Positions 8,349 to 19,317 are shown, counted from the whole stretch's first letter. The stretch: 27,117 nucleotides of DNA, filler included, from an uncultured virus (IMG/VR IMGVR_UViG_2061766007_004269) (2 parts of one record of this genome joined end to end with filler, not necessarily neighbours in it), one strand, 5' to 3'. The notes: generated by a model from the sequence alone, not told the origin. Numbers and translations are program-made.

Positions 8349-8893
8349 GAGGGATACTCCGCGACCTGACCATGAACCGGGACGGAACGCAGAACATCAC
8401 CGTCACCGTGCGGGCGGACTTCCGGGATCACTTCGATCAGCTGAAAGAAAAGGATCTGGATATCGAGATCAAACAGCACCGGGAGAAGCGGAGCAAAAGC
8501 GCCAACGCCTACTTCCACGTGCTGGTGAACAAGATTGCCGGGGAGCTGAACGAATCCGATGAAACCGTCAAAACCCGGCTGGTGATCGAGTATGGAACAG
8601 TCGCGCGGGACGACGACGGGCTGGTGATCGGCTTCAAACTGCCCGCCACGGTGGACGTGAGCAAAATCTATCCCTATACCCGGCTGTTTGACCAAAGGAC
8701 AGAGAACGGCAAGTTGTTCAGCTGCTATCTGGTGATGAAAGCCACTCACGACATGGACACCAAGGAAATGGCTCATCTGATCGATGGCGCCATTCAGGAA
8801 GCAAAAGAGCTTGGGATCGAAACTGACACGCCTGAGCAGCTTGCCCGGTACAAAGAGCAATGGGAGCAATTCGAGAGGAGAGCCAATCCATGA
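8345..8893 (+). CDS. NinB-like recombination protein
   Basis: 'KRSKSANAYFHVLVNKIA' and 'MDTKEMAHLIDGAIQEAKELGIET' motifs. Confidence 0.75.
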   Translation: MRGILRDLTMNRDGTQNITVTVRADFRDHFDQLKEKDLDIEIKQHREKRSKSANAYFHVLVNKIAGELNESDETVKTRLVIEYGTVARDDDGLVIGFKLPATVDVSKIYPYTRLFDQRTENGKLFSCYLVMKATHDMDTKEMAHLIDGAIQEAKELGIETDTPEQLARYKEQWEQFERRANP

Positions 8894-9114
8894 TCATGCT
8901 TCAGACGAACAAGAAAGGAAACCTGATATCCACGGATTGGGAGATTCTTATCGAAGCGCTTTATGCTCTTGCGGTTGATAACCCTGACCGTGTTCAGTCG
9001 CTCGGAAAAGAAAATGGCATCTACAGAGCAGTCATTCCGAAGGATTGGAAGGGACAAAATCTGGCAGAAATCATTTTGAGCGAGGCAATGAAGTTAAATC
9101 ATCCCGGAGCGTGA
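8890..9114 (+). CDS. Hypothetical phage protein
   Basis: ATGA coupling, RBS GAGGAG, 74 aa. Confidence 0.55.
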   Translation: MIMLQTNKKGNLISTDWEILIEALYALAVDNPDRVQSLGKENGIYRAVIPKDWKGQNLAEIILSEAMKLNHPGA

Positions 9115-9239
9115 TTGCCCATGACAAGCGATGAAACGCGGACGCTTATCAGGCAGACCAAAAACCGCATGAAAGCCATCGCCATTGGCGGCCANNNNNN
9201 NNNNNNNNNNNNNNNNNNNNNNNNNNNNNNNNNNNNNNN

Positions 9240-9463
9240 TAAACCTCCACAAGCACCATGTATACGCAGGCCCCCTTCGCCGGAAATCGGAACAATGGGG
9301 CTGCTGGGTGTGGCTCCGGGCTGACTATCACAACATGAGCGAACACGGCGTGCACTTTGATCGGCAGCTTGATCTCCGCATCAAGCGGGAATGTCAGGAA
9401 GCCTTTGAAGCCCGATTCGGGCACGAGCTATTCATGAAAGAATTCGGAAAATCTTATCTTTGA
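9240..9463 (+). CDS. Small HNH-like phage protein (5' end in gap)
   Basis: 'LHKHHVY.G..RRKSEQWG..VWL....H.....GVH' and C-terminal 'FMKEFGKSYL'. Confidence 0.6.
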
Positions 9464-9477
9464 GAGGAGAAAGCATC

Positions 9478-9745
9478 ATGGAAAACAAGCATGAGACGAT
9501 GGAAAACGCGGAAGAGATGATCATGGAGCTCCCCTTCGACGATGTGGNNNNNNNNNNNNNNNNNNNNNNNNNNNNATCTGGTGATCAAGGCCCACGCGCT
9601 GGACACGCTGGCGGACGACATCCGCTGGAATATCGATCATGACAAGGCGAACTATGAAATCGTCGATGACACCCTGGTTCGCATCATGACGGGCACCAAG
9701 CGCTACGTCAAACCTACCGCCGCACCGGAGGAAACGAATGAATAA
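9478..9745 (+). CDS. Hypothetical phage protein
   Basis: RBS GAGGAG and ATG 9478; two frames joined across a gap. Confidence 0.5.
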
Positions 9746-10227
9746 AACGTATATAATCGGCAATCTCACCCGGGATCCTGAGCTTCGTCAGGTTTCCGGG
9801 CGGGATGGCCCGGTCAACGTGTGCGATTTCACGGTGGCCGTCAACCGAAGGAACAAAAGCAGCGACGGCCAGAACGAAGCGGATTATTTCCGGGTCTCCG
9901 TCTGGCGCGGCCTGGCGGATGTGTGCAAACAGTACCTGGCCAAGGGCCGGAAAGTGGCTGNNNNNNNNNNNNNNNNNNNNNNNNNNNNNNNNNNNNNNNN
10001 NNNNNNNNNNNGTGACCAGGGCAAGCCTGGAAATTCAGGCCGAAGATGTGGAATTCCTGTCGCCACGGCAGGATGGCCAGCAGCAGAACCAGGGCGGAGG
10101 ACAGCAGTACCAGAACGCGCCGCAGTATCAGAATGCGCCGCCGCAATACCAGAACGCTCCGGCGCAGCAGCGTGTCGATCAGAGGAGCGGCTTTGTCCAG
10201 GTCGAGGACGAAGATCTGCCGTTCTGA
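9738..10227 (+). CDS. ssb: Single-stranded DNA-binding protein
   Basis: 'MNKTYIIGNLTRDPELR...FTVAVNRR...ADYFRVSVW...YLAKGRKV' and acidic tip 'EDEDLPF'. Confidence 0.95.
10105..10161 (+). repeat. Three imperfect 18-nt coding repeats (QYQNAP) in the SSB linker
   Basis: CAGTACCAGAACGCGCCG / CAGTATCAGAATGCGCCG(CCG) / CAATACCAGAACGCTCCG. Confidence 0.8.
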
Positions 10228-10304
10228 ATGGCGGNNNNNNNNNNNNNNNNNNNNNNNNNNNNNNNNNNNNNNNNNNNNNNNNNNNNNNNNNNNNNNNNNN
10301 NNNN

Positions 10305-11013
10305 AGCTCGGCGTGAACATCCTGGACGATGAAAAGATCATCGCCATTGAGGGCCTGCCGGACGGGAATTCCCTTTGTTGGCTGTGGGTGAAATTGCTGG
10401 CCCTCGCTGGAAAGCAGGATCGGAACGGAGAAATCACGCTGACCAATGAAGTTCCCTACACAGAAGCGCAGCTGGCGGACCGGTTCCGGATGCCGATCGC
10501 CACGGTCCGTCTCGGGCTGCTCACCTTCCAGCAGTACGGTATGATCAGCATCATCAATGATGTGATTCATACCACCAATTGGGCGAAGTACCAAGCGCTG
10601 GATACGGAGGATATTGAAAAAATCCGGGAGCAATCCAGGGAAAGAAGCAAACGGTATCGTGAGCAGAAGAAAACTTTGCCTCCGGCCCCTGCCGCCCCCN
10701 NNNNNNNNNNNNNNNNNNNNNNNNNNNNNNAAGATGCCGTCTACCAGATTCCCCTGATATCCGGTGAATTCCACAGAGTCACCCGGCCGGACATCGAACA
10801 ATACAAGAAGTTGTATCCCGGCATCGATGTGGATCAGCAAATCCGGAACATGATCGGCTGGTGTGACGCAAACCCGAAGAACAGGAAGACAAAAACGGGC
10901 ATCAAGCGATTTATCAACGGGTGGCTGTCCAGGGAACAGAACAGGGCACCGCGGCAGATCGTCTCCCACGAAGAACCGGCGTTCATTCCTCCTCCACCTG
11001 CCAACAATGGCTT
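10305..11013 (+). CDS. Phage replisome organizer / replication initiator (ends in gaps)
   Basis: N-terminal 'DDEKIIAIEGLPDG...WVKLLALAGK..NG...PYTEAQLA'. C-terminal 'LYPGIDV...MIGW...RKTKTGIKRFINGWLSREQ'. Confidence 0.85.
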
Positions 11014-11093
11014 NNNNNNNNNNNNNNNNNNNNNNNNNNNNNNNNNNNNNNNNNNNNNNNNNNNNNNNNNNNNAGCCGCTCTCCAATCCCCAC

Positions 11094-12400
11094 AGTGTGT
11101 GAAGCTGGTAACGGAAACCAGCGAAGACGAGTTTTACGATAAGCGGCACAAAATCCTTCACGGCTGCATGGTTGACCTGGAGAGATCGAATACAAGCATT
11201 GATCTTGTGACGGTAGATAGCTGGCTGGGCAGGCATAATGCCTTAGACCAGGTTGGAGGAACAGAATACCTGGTTTCCATGATTCAGTATGTTCCCTCTG
11301 TGGTGAACGCCAAAGACTACCTGAACATCGTCCACGCTTGCGCCATGCGGAGGAACCTGTACACCATCGGAAGGGCCTTGATGGAGAAATCGGGTACCCA
11401 GGAGGACGCGGAGGAAACACGCGAGTGGGCAGCCAGGGCAGTGCGGGAAGTGAAGTCCGGAAACACTGTTCAGCTGATCAGCATGCAGGAAGCTTGCTCA
11501 GCCACCTATGAAAAGCTGGAACGGGAGCAGATGGGAGACAATGGGGATGCTGGCGCAAACAGGATATTCTGCGGTATTGACGCCGTGGATCAGCGCCTCG
11601 GCGGGCTGCACGATGGCGTGTATGTGGCGATCGGAGCAAGGCCATCCGTTGGCAAAAGCATCTTTGCCCTCACCTTCTGTGTGAACGCCGCGAAGCAAGG
11701 GAAGCGTGTGCTGATGTGTTCTCTGGAAATGAGCGAAACCGAAATCACGGAGCGTATTCTTGCCGACAAGGGGGATGTGGCCTTGAACTCCATCACATCC
11801 GGCAGGATCACCCTGGATGGATGGGTTGGAATGAGTAAAGCGATCCCGTATGTTTCAAACCTGCCGTTATGGTACTGCCTGGAAGCGACAACGGTGGAGA
11901 AGGTTCGCCGCGCGGCGTATCAGGTTTACGAAAACGGAGGCCTGGATCTGATCGCCATTGACTATCTGCAGCTCATGGAAGCCACATATGCCAAGCGGCA
12001 GAACNNNNNNNNNNNNNNNNNNNNNNNNNNNATCAGCCGTGGACTTAAGATTCTGGCCCAGGAACTGAAAATCCCGATTCTGGTGCTGACACAACTGAAC
12101 CGCGCTTCTGAAAAAAACTATTCCAAAGGGAAAATCGTCAAACGTGAACCCGCCATGAGCGAGGCCCGCGAGAGCGGCGCCATTGAGCAGGACGCGAACA
12201 TCTTCATTCTTCTACACAATCCAGACCGTGATGAAATGCAATCGGAATATGAACGCCAAACGTGGGACGACTTGGCGGAAGAAGGAAAAACCATGATGCG
12301 GGTACTCATTGTGAAGAACCGTCAAGGGAAACGCGGAAGACAGACCATAGCCTTTGACGGCGACCACATGCGGTTCCTGCCCATAGTAAGAAAGGAATGA
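11094..12400 (+). CDS. dnaB: Replicative DNA helicase, DnaB-like (start in gap)
   Basis: 'GARPSVGKS', 'SLEMS', 'IDYLQL', 'QLNR', 'ESGAIEQDA', 'KNRQG'. Confidence 0.95.
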
Positions 12401-12404
12401 TTCG

Positions 12405-12622
12405 ATGATGGATTTTCTGTATGACAACATGAATGAGCTTCTGCTGCTGGCAGGTGGCATCCTTTGCGGCATCCTTTTCGGCCTGGCGATTGCCCAGTAT
12501 CAGCAGATGCGGCGGCAGANNNNNNNNNNNNNTATGACCCTACCAATCCCATCAACCAGCGCTCCGGCAGCGCGTCCAAACGCGGGGAAACGGACGAATA
12601 TGGTTTCACCCGCTTGTGGTAA
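12405..12622 (+). CDS. Small membrane protein
   Basis: TM segment 'LLLLAGGILCGILFGLAIA'. Likely ends ...EYGFTRLW* after the gap. Confidence 0.5.
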
Positions 12623-12634
12623 AGGAGTAAGAGT

Positions 12635-12871
12635 ATGAGCAGGATTATGGTCTATTTCCGGGATGGACAGAAGGCTGGGTTTGACCGGGACAAGGTGTCC
12701 TTTTCCAACGGCGGAGACAACGTGTTTTCCTTTTCCGAAAAGAGCGAAGCGAACACTTTCAGCGGCCTGATTGACGATGGCAAAGCGCTGGTGAACTGGC
12801 ACAACGTGTGCTTCGTGCGGGAGATCGAGCCTTTGCCGGAAGCGCCGGGCGACGGAGGCGAAACCGAATGA
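12635..12871 (+). CDS. Hypothetical phage protein
   Basis: RBS AAAGGAG; 78 aa. Confidence 0.6.
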   Translation: MSRIMVYFRDGQKAGFDRDKVSFSNGGDNVFSFSEKSEANTFSGLIDDGKALVNWHNVCFVREIEPLPEAPGDGGETE

Positions 12872-13125
12872 CGGGCCAGAATTACGGCACCTGCCGCGGA
12901 TGCGGCGCGCAAATCCTCTGGACGATCACTACCAAAGGGAAGAGCATGCCCTGCAATCCAGAAGTGATCTTCTTCACGCCGGGCGGCGGTGCTGAAACCT
13001 TCGTCACCCCGCAGGGAAAGGTGGTGCGCGGGAAACGCAGCAAGGATGGCCAGGCAGGGTATATCTCCCATTTTGCCACATGCCCCAAATCAAAGCAGTT
13101 CAAGAAGGAGAAAGACAATGGATAA
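12868..13125 (+). CDS. Small putative Zn-binding phage protein
   Basis: 'CRGCGAQILW..T..GK.MPC...GYISHFATCP'; ATGA coupling. Confidence 0.7.
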   Translation: MTGQNYGTCRGCGAQILWTITTKGKSMPCNPEVIFFTPGGGAETFVTPQGKVVRGKRSKDGQAGYISHFATCPKSKQFKKEKDNG

Positions 13126-14510
13126 TCAGATATTCATGATCCCGATTGGCTCGCTGCTGCATCACCCGAAAAACCCCAGGCAGGATTTGGGCGATCTGAC
13201 CGAGCTGGCGGACAGCATCCGGGCCAGGGGCGTGATGCAGAACCTGACCGTCGTAAAGTGCCCGGAGGAAGAGGGCAAATACTGGGTGGTGATTGGCAAT
13301 CGCCGCCTGGAAGCCGCCAGGATGGCCGGGCTGGATTCGCTTCCTTGCTCCGTGGCCGAGATGGACGAAAAAGAGCAGCTGGCCACCATGCTCATGGAGA
13401 ACATGCAGCGCCAGGATCTGACGGTGTACGAGCAGGCCCAGGGCTTCCAGATGATGATGGATCTGGGATTCACCCAAAAGGAAATCAGCGAAAAGACCGG
13501 TTTCAGCGAAAGCACCGTGCGGAACCGGCTGAAGCTGACGAAGTTCAAGGAAAAGGACTTTTCGGCGGCCGTTGACCGTGGCGCTACGCTGATGGACTTT
13601 ATGGAGATCGCCAAGATCGAAAGCAAAAAAGCCCAAAGCGAGGTTATGCACGCTGCCGGCACGGATAACTTCCAGGCGAAGCTGCAAAATGCCCTCCGGG
13701 AACAGGAATTCAAGAAGAATCGGGCCCGCCTGGAACCCATCGTGCAAGAAACGATGGGTATGATCCCCGAGAATGAGCGGTACAGCTCCAAATGGCATCG
13801 ACTTTATGGAAAAGACGTGCCACTGGACGCAACCGAAGAAACACTTCGCGCAACGATCAAGAAGCTGAAACCGGAAGAAAGCCCGTACTGGTATGACATC
13901 GTAAGCTATGGCCGGTGCGGCGAGATCGAGTTTTACCAGGCGGCAGCCAAAAGCGGCGGGAAGCTGACAGACGCGGAGAAAGAGCAGCGCGCTTTGAGCC
14001 GGAAGCGGAACGCCCATTTGAGGAAGGTCAGAACCTTCTATCTACAGGCCTACGAGCTGCGCTGCAAATTCGTTTCCGAGTTCTCCCTCAATTCCGGGGC
14101 CGGTTGGGGGATTGGCNNNNNNNNNNNNNNNNNNNNCGCTCTCGCAGCAGAAGGATTATGGAAACTTTGATCTTCCTGGCGATCATCAATGGAACGATCA
14201 GTATATCCGCCGCGTGCTGTCCCTGCCCGAGAAGGCCACCAAAGGCAAATCGATCTGGGATGAAATCCAGGAGAGGGATATACCGCTTCACAGGATTGCG
14301 CTGGCCTTCGCCCTGGGCGGCGGCGTACTCAGGGACGAACCGGAAAAAGGCTGGTACAGCCGCAGCGACGGCACATACACCACCAGGGCTTGGGAATCCA
14401 ATGATATGAACGCCGTCTATGATCTGCTCATCAGCGTCGGCTACAAAATGAGCGATTTCGAGCTCTCCCTCAAAGATGGCTCCCACGAGTGCTATCGGGA
14501 GGACGAGTAA
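13118..14510 (+). CDS. ParB/RepB/Spo0J family protein
   Basis: 'NPRQDLGDLTELADSIRARGVMQNLTV...VVIGNRRLEAA...ENMQRQDL' plus HTH. The C-terminus continues after a gap to 14510. Confidence 0.9.
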
Positions 14511-14512
14511 AG

Positions 14513-15421
14513 ATGAAAGGGCTTACTCCAAGGAACGCAAAAGAGCGGGAGTTCATGAAAACCTTCGATGATCTGTGCTATGGGCAGAGCCGTTACAAGG
14601 TTTGGGATGATTTCGTGCAGATGGCCGCGCTGTCCATCGTGAACGCGGTGGATAAACGCTGGTTCGAGGAAAGGGAAAACCGTTTCCTCCGCATCCGGAA
14701 GCCGTACACCGAAAAGCAGTTCAACGGGTTCGCCCACCTGTTCAGCACCACCGCCCTGGCTTTGGAGGAAAACCCATTTCAGGATTTCCTTGGAGAGCTG
14801 TACATGCGCTGCGATCTTGGCAACGATCACACGGGCCAGTTCTTCACACCCTACCATATCTGCGAAATGATGGCGCAAGTCATCATGGGCGGCGAAGATG
14901 ACCACGTCCGGCAAGAAGTGAAAAAGCGCGGGTATGTGTCGCTCTGCGATCCGTGCGTCGGCGGCGGGGCCATGATGATCGGCGGCGCGCAGGCGCTCTA
15001 CAAGATGGGCGTCAATTACCAGCNNNNNNNNNNNNNNNNNNNNNNNNNNGACTACACCGTGGCCATGATGGCCTACATCCAGCTCTCGCTTCTCGGCTGC
15101 CCCGGGTACGTGGTGGTGGGAAACAGCCTGACGGAACCCATGACGGGGCACGTGCTTTTCGGAGAAGAAACGGAGCGCACCTTCTGCACGCCCATGTTCT
15201 TCTCCGAAAAATTCAATCTCCTGCGTCAGGCCGAAATCATGCGCCGGCTGTTTGCCGNNNNNNNNNNNNNNNNNNNNNNNNNNNNNNNNNNNNNNNNNNN
15301 NNNNNNNNNNNNNNNNNNNNNNNNNNNNNNNNNNNNNNNNNNNNNNNNNNNNNNGGTCATAGAGGTCAGCAAGAAAAAGGGAAAAGCCCTGGCCGGGCAG
15401 ATCATGTTCGACTTTTCATGA
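14513..15421 (+). CDS. N-6 DNA methylase-like protein (HsdM-like N-terminal/SAM-binding part)
   Basis: 'DFLGELYM...GQFFTPYHIC', motif I 'DPCVGGG', 'AYIQLSLLG...GNSL'. Confidence 0.8.
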   Translation: MKGLTPRNAKEREFMKTFDDLCYGQSRYKVWDDFVQMAALSIVNAVDKRWFEERENRFLRIRKPYTEKQFNGFAHLFSTTALALEENPFQDFLGELYMRCDLGNDHTGQFFTPYHICEMMAQVIMGGEDDHVRQEVKKRGYVSLCDPCVGGGAMMIGGAQALYKMGVNYQXXXXXXXXXDYTVAMMAYIQLSLLGCPGYVVVGNSLTEPMTGHVLFGEETERTFCTPMFFSEKFNLLRQAEIMRRLFAXXXXXXXXXXXXXXXXXXXXXXXXXXXXXXXXXVIEVSKKKGKALAGQIMFDFS

Positions 15422-15433
15422 TGGGAGGATACC

Positions 15434-15617
15434 ATGACCAAGAAAAAAGCACTGAAACAAATCATGTCCATGGGGTTCCAGCGAAACGAGGCCCAGCAGC
15501 TGCTTCTCACGATGCACAACCGGGGCTTTTCCAACATCGACGCCGCGTTCGTCATCGCCTTGGAGACCTTGAGCGTGTCAGCCGGTTTGGCGTTTGAAGG
15601 GTGCTGCCATATGGCGG
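15434..15617 (+). CDS. Hypothetical phage protein
   Basis: RBS GGGAGG; runs into a gap. Confidence 0.5.
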
Positions 15618-15633
15618 NNNNNNNNNNNNNNNN

Positions 15634-16134
15634 TTGAAGCTCCTTGCCATTGACCCCGGCACCACGGAAAGCGGCTACTGCATGATGGAGGGCTATAAGC
15701 CAGTGCCTGTCATGTTCGGGAAGCTGCCCAACGATCTGCTGCTGGATGTGCTAAGTAAAGCACAAAACATCAACGATGTGGAGTGTGTGGTGATCGAAAT
15801 GGTGGAATCCTACGGAAACGCCGTAGGACAAACCGTGTTCGAGACCTGCGTGTGGATCGGGCGCTTCATGGAAGCCGCTTTGCGGCGGGGATTCCAGGCA
15901 GACCGCATCTTCCGGACAGAGGAAAAGATGATGATCTGCCATAACCGCGTCGCAAAGGACAGCAATATCCGCACCGCCCTGATCGACCGCTTTGCCGGGC
16001 ACGATAAGGAACGCGGCAAGGGAACGAAAGCGAACCCGGATTGGTTTTACGGTTTCGCGAAAGACGCCTGGATGGCCTACGCCGTGGGCGTCACCTGGCT
16101 GGACAAGAAACAGGATGAAATCCTCAAACGATGA
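15634..16134 (+). CDS. RuvC-like Holliday junction resolvase
   Basis: 'LLAIDPGTTESGYC', 'VVIEMV', 'KDAWMAYAVG' RNase H-fold acidic motifs. Confidence 0.75.
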   Translation: MKLLAIDPGTTESGYCMMEGYKPVPVMFGKLPNDLLLDVLSKAQNINDVECVVIEMVESYGNAVGQTVFETCVWIGRFMEAALRRGFQADRIFRTEEKMMICHNRVAKDSNIRTALIDRFAGHDKERGKGTKANPDWFYGFAKDAWMAYAVGVTWLDKKQDEILKR

Positions 16135-16301
16135 CATACCAGGGGCGGCGGNNNNNNNNNNNNNNNNNNNNNNNNNNNNNNNNNNNNNNNNNNNNNNNNN
16201 NNNNNNNNNNNNNNNNNNNNNNNNNNNNNNNNNNNNNNNGGTACGCAAAAGCAGGACTGTCGGCCGCCCCGTTTATCAGCAAAACGAAAGGAAAGAAGAC
16301 C

Positions 16302-16553
16302 ATGATAAGAAAAATGCCGGAAACATACGAGGAGAAGGCCGGAGAGATCGACCTTCTCCCCTGCCCTTTCTGCGGGACGGACGAAGCCCGTTTCACCAGC
16401 TGTCAGGNNNNNNNNNNNNGGAAGTGCCCGGAGGAAAGCCATTACCACGCCGTGGTGTGCAGTTTCGCCGGAAAGGGATGCGGCGCATCGTCCGGATTCT
16501 ATCCCACGTACCGGGAGGCAGCCCAGGCCTGGAACCGCCGCGAACAGCCCTGA
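16302..16553 (+). CDS. Lar-family restriction alleviation protein
   Basis: 'LLPCPFCG...VVC.....GCGA.....EAAQAWNRR'. Confidence 0.8.
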   Translation: MIRKMPETYEEKAGEIDLLPCPFCGTDEARFTSCQXXXXXKCPEESHYHAVVCSFAGKGCGASSGFYPTYREAAQAWNRREQP

Positions 16554-16678
16554 GGGCGTCTGTGGCGGGNNNNNNNNNNNNNNNNNNNNNNNNNNNNNNN
16601 NNNNNNNNNNNNNNNNNNNNNNNNNNNNNNNNNNNNNAGCCTGTTGCAACTGGCAAGGATTGAAGATTGGAGGCACAT

Positions 16679-16891
16679 ATGCCATTGGAAGCCTACGAAT
16701 ACCCCGCTGTGCTGTACTGCGATCAATGCCACGCTGATGTGGAAACGAAGATTGAGGATCGGGAAACCGTCATCCGTATGCGTGGCAAGGAAATCCGTGT
16801 CCCTTACAAAGCTGNNNNNNNNNNNNNNNNNNNNNNNNNGATGCTCTGCGAACGGGACCGTGATTTTCAGATTGCGAACCTGGCGGAATAG
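16679..16891 (+). CDS. Small zinc-finger protein (YgiT/MqsA N-terminal-like)
   Basis: RBS GGAGG. 'YCDQC...ETVIRMRGKEIRV'; a second Cys pair would fall in the gap. Confidence 0.5.
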   Translation: MPLEAYEYPAVLYCDQCHADVETKIEDRETVIRMRGKEIRVPYKAXXXXXXXXXMLCERDRDFQIANLAE

Positions 16892-16903
16892 GAGGAGGTA
16901 TTT

Positions 16904-17049
16904 ATGGAATACATCTGTCTGGAAGATGCTCAGGCTCGTTTGATGGAGATCAGGGAAACATACATTGACGAGCATAAGTTTGCGATTGCCGGCGCCTGTA
17001 AAGAATGCGCTAACGCATTGGAAAACCTGCCAAGGAAGGAGCCGGAGGT
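16904..17049 (+). CDS. Hypothetical phage protein (partial, runs into ~1 kb gap)
   Basis: Strong RBS AGGAGGAGG; MEYICLEDA... Confidence 0.55.
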
Positions 17050-18115
17050 NNNNNNNNNNNNNNNNNNNNNNNNNNNNNNNNNNNNNNNNNNNNNNNNNNN
17101 NNNNNNNNNNNNNNNNNNNNNNNNNNNNNNNNNNNNNNNNNNNNNNNNNNNNNNNNNNNNNNNNNNNNNNNNNNNNNNNNNNNNNNNNNNNNNNNNNNNN
17201 NNNNNNNNNNNNNNNNNNNNNNNNNNNNNNNNNNNNNNNNNNNNNNNNNNNNNNNNNNNNNNNNNNNNNNNNNNNNNNNNNNNNNNNNNNNNNNNNNNNN
17301 NNNNNNNNNNNNNNNNNNNNNNNNNNNNNNNNNNNNNNNNNNNNNNNNNNNNNNNNNNNNNNNNNNNNNNNNNNNNNNNNNNNNNNNNNNNNNNNNNNNN
17401 NNNNNNNNNNNNNNNNNNNNNNNNNNNNNNNNNNNNNNNNNNNNNNNNNNNNNNNNNNNNNNNNNNNNNNNNNNNNNNNNNNNNNNNNNNNNNNNNNNNN
17501 NNNNNNNNNNNNNNNNNNNNNNNNNNNNNNNNNNNNNNNNNNNNNNNNNNNNNNNNNNNNNNNNNNNNNNNNNNNNNNNNNNNNNNNNNNNNNNNNNNNN
17601 NNNNNNNNNNNNNNNNNNNNNNNNNNNNNNNNNNNNNNNNNNNNNNNNNNNNNNNNNNNNNNNNNNNNNNNNNNNNNNNNNNNNNNNNNNNNNNNNNNNN
17701 NNNNNNNNNNNNNNNNNNNNNNNNNNNNNNNNNNNNNNNNNNNNNNNNNNNNNNNNNNNNNNNNNNNNNNNNNNNNNNNNNNNNNNNNNNNNNNNNNNNN
17801 NNNNNNNNNNNNNNNNNNNNNNNNNNNNNNNNNNNNNNNNNNNNNNNNNNNNNNNNNNNNNNNNNNNNNNNNNNNNNNNNNNNNNNNNNNNNNNNNNNNN
17901 NNNNNNNNNNNNNNNNNNNNNNNNNNNNNNNNNNNNNNNNNNNNNNNNNNNNNNNNNNNNNNNNNNNNNNNNNNNNNNNNNNNNNNNNNNNNNNNNNNNN
18001 NNNNNNNNNNNNNNNNNNNNNNNNNNNNNNNNNNNNNNNNNNNNNNNAACGGCCACAAGCACGGGGGCTGTACGCAGTGCGGAATGCGGTTCATCGAGTG
18101 AAAGGGGAGCGAGAC

Positions 18116-18305
18116 ATGAAAGTGAAAGAACCCTGGATCGTATTCTTCGGGCCTGACAATCGGNNNNNNNNNNNNNNNNNNNNNNNNNNNNNNNNNNNNN
18201 NNNCGCGGGACGTTTCCCGGCGAACTGCAAGATACCATTGCCCTGCTGGCTTATGAGAATGGTCTTGACCATGGAGAAATCTATTTTGCGGAGGTGACAA
18301 GATGA
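18116..18305 (+). CDS. Hypothetical phage protein
   Basis: RBS GGGGAG. MKVKEPWIVFF...GTFPGELQDTIALLAYENG...; ATGA overlap with dUTPase. Confidence 0.55.
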
Positions 18306-18706
18306 AAGTCAAAGTGGATCCCGGCGCGTATTACCCGGTACGCGCCCACGAAATGGACGCGGGGCTGGATTTGCGGGCTAACGAGGCTGGCATGGTGCCC
18401 CCCCATGNNNNNNNNNNNNNNNNCGTGCATGTGCAATTGCCGCACGGGACGGGCGGGCTGCTGGTGGCCAAATCCGGATTGAACAGCAAAAACGCCGTGA
18501 CCAGCACCGGCCTCATCGACGAAGGCTATACCGGTGAAATCCATGTGACGCTGCATAATGGCAGCGATATGCCATTCATTGTGGATCACGGACAGAAAAT
18601 CAGCCAGCTGGTGGTCATCCCCGTCCTGTATGAGGACGTGGAAATCGTGGACGAACTGGACGAATCCGAGCGCGGCGAGAACGGGTTCGGCAGCACAGGG
18701 AGGTAG
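18302..18706 (+). CDS. dut: Trimeric dUTPase
   Basis: Motifs 'AGLDL', 'KSGL', 'GLIDEGYTGEI', 'KISQL', 'RGENGFGSTG'. Confidence 0.95.
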   Translation: MKVKVDPGAYYPVRAHEMDAGLDLRANEAGMVPPHXXXXXXVHVQLPHGTGGLLVAKSGLNSKNAVTSTGLIDEGYTGEIHVTLHNGSDMPFIVDHGQKISQLVVIPVLYEDVEIVDELDESERGENGFGSTGR

Positions 18707-18897
18707 AGCGCGTGACGCTGCNNNNNNNNNNNNNNNNNNNNNNNTGAATGGCTGCTTGCCGGAACCGGGCGAACAAGCGCTGTCCTGCGAGGACTGCCCA
18801 TACAGTGGCACCTGCCTGGACAAGGAACCGGAGCTGATCAGCCTTCCCGCCGAGATGGTGGAGGACGTTCGGGCGTTTCTGAAAGGGGATGGGAACG

Positions 18898-19317
18898 ATG
18901 GCTGACCTGCAAAAAGTGATCAAAGGGCTGGAATGCTGTATCGTCGGTGCGATGAAATGCGATGAATGCCCGTACACCGCTGTCGAAGGGGAAACGGTTC
19001 TTGCGTGCCAAGGCAAATTAACAGAAGACGCAGTTTCAGCACTGAAGGCGCAAGAGCCGATGGTAATGACGCTGGAAGAAATCGAGGACGCGCTTGATAA
19101 TGTTGTATGGTTGGATATTCCTGGCGCGGAAAATCTTGCTGATGGATTCTCCTTGATAATGGCATACAGCAGAAAAAATGGCTTCGTTCTGTTAGACAGC
19201 CCGTTCGGTGATAACCCTTCGCAAGAAAGGTTTGAATACACGGACTATAACAAGACCTGGCGCTGCTGGACGGCGCGGCCAACTGACGAGCAAAGGGAGG
19301 CCATGCCGTGGACATGA
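18898..19317 (+). CDS. Hypothetical phage protein with Cys-rich N-terminus
   Basis: 'KVIKGLECC....CDECPY' and C-terminal 'YNKTWRCWTARPTDEQR...W'. Confidence 0.65.
   Translation: MADLQKVIKGLECCIVGAMKCDECPYTAVEGETVLACQGKLTEDAVSALKAQEPMVMTLEEIEDALDNVVWLDIPGAENLADGFSLIMAYSRKNGFVLLDSPFGDNPSQERFEYTDYNKTWRCWTARPTDEQREAMPWT

Noticed and set aside
10046..12400. 784-aa initiator-helicase fusion in the ORF track
   Set aside because: The frame is joined only through N runs that could hide a stop and a start. Separate initiator and DnaB genes are the usual arrangement.
16499..18272. Long ORFs of 378-579 aa
   Set aside because: Composed almost entirely of Ns.
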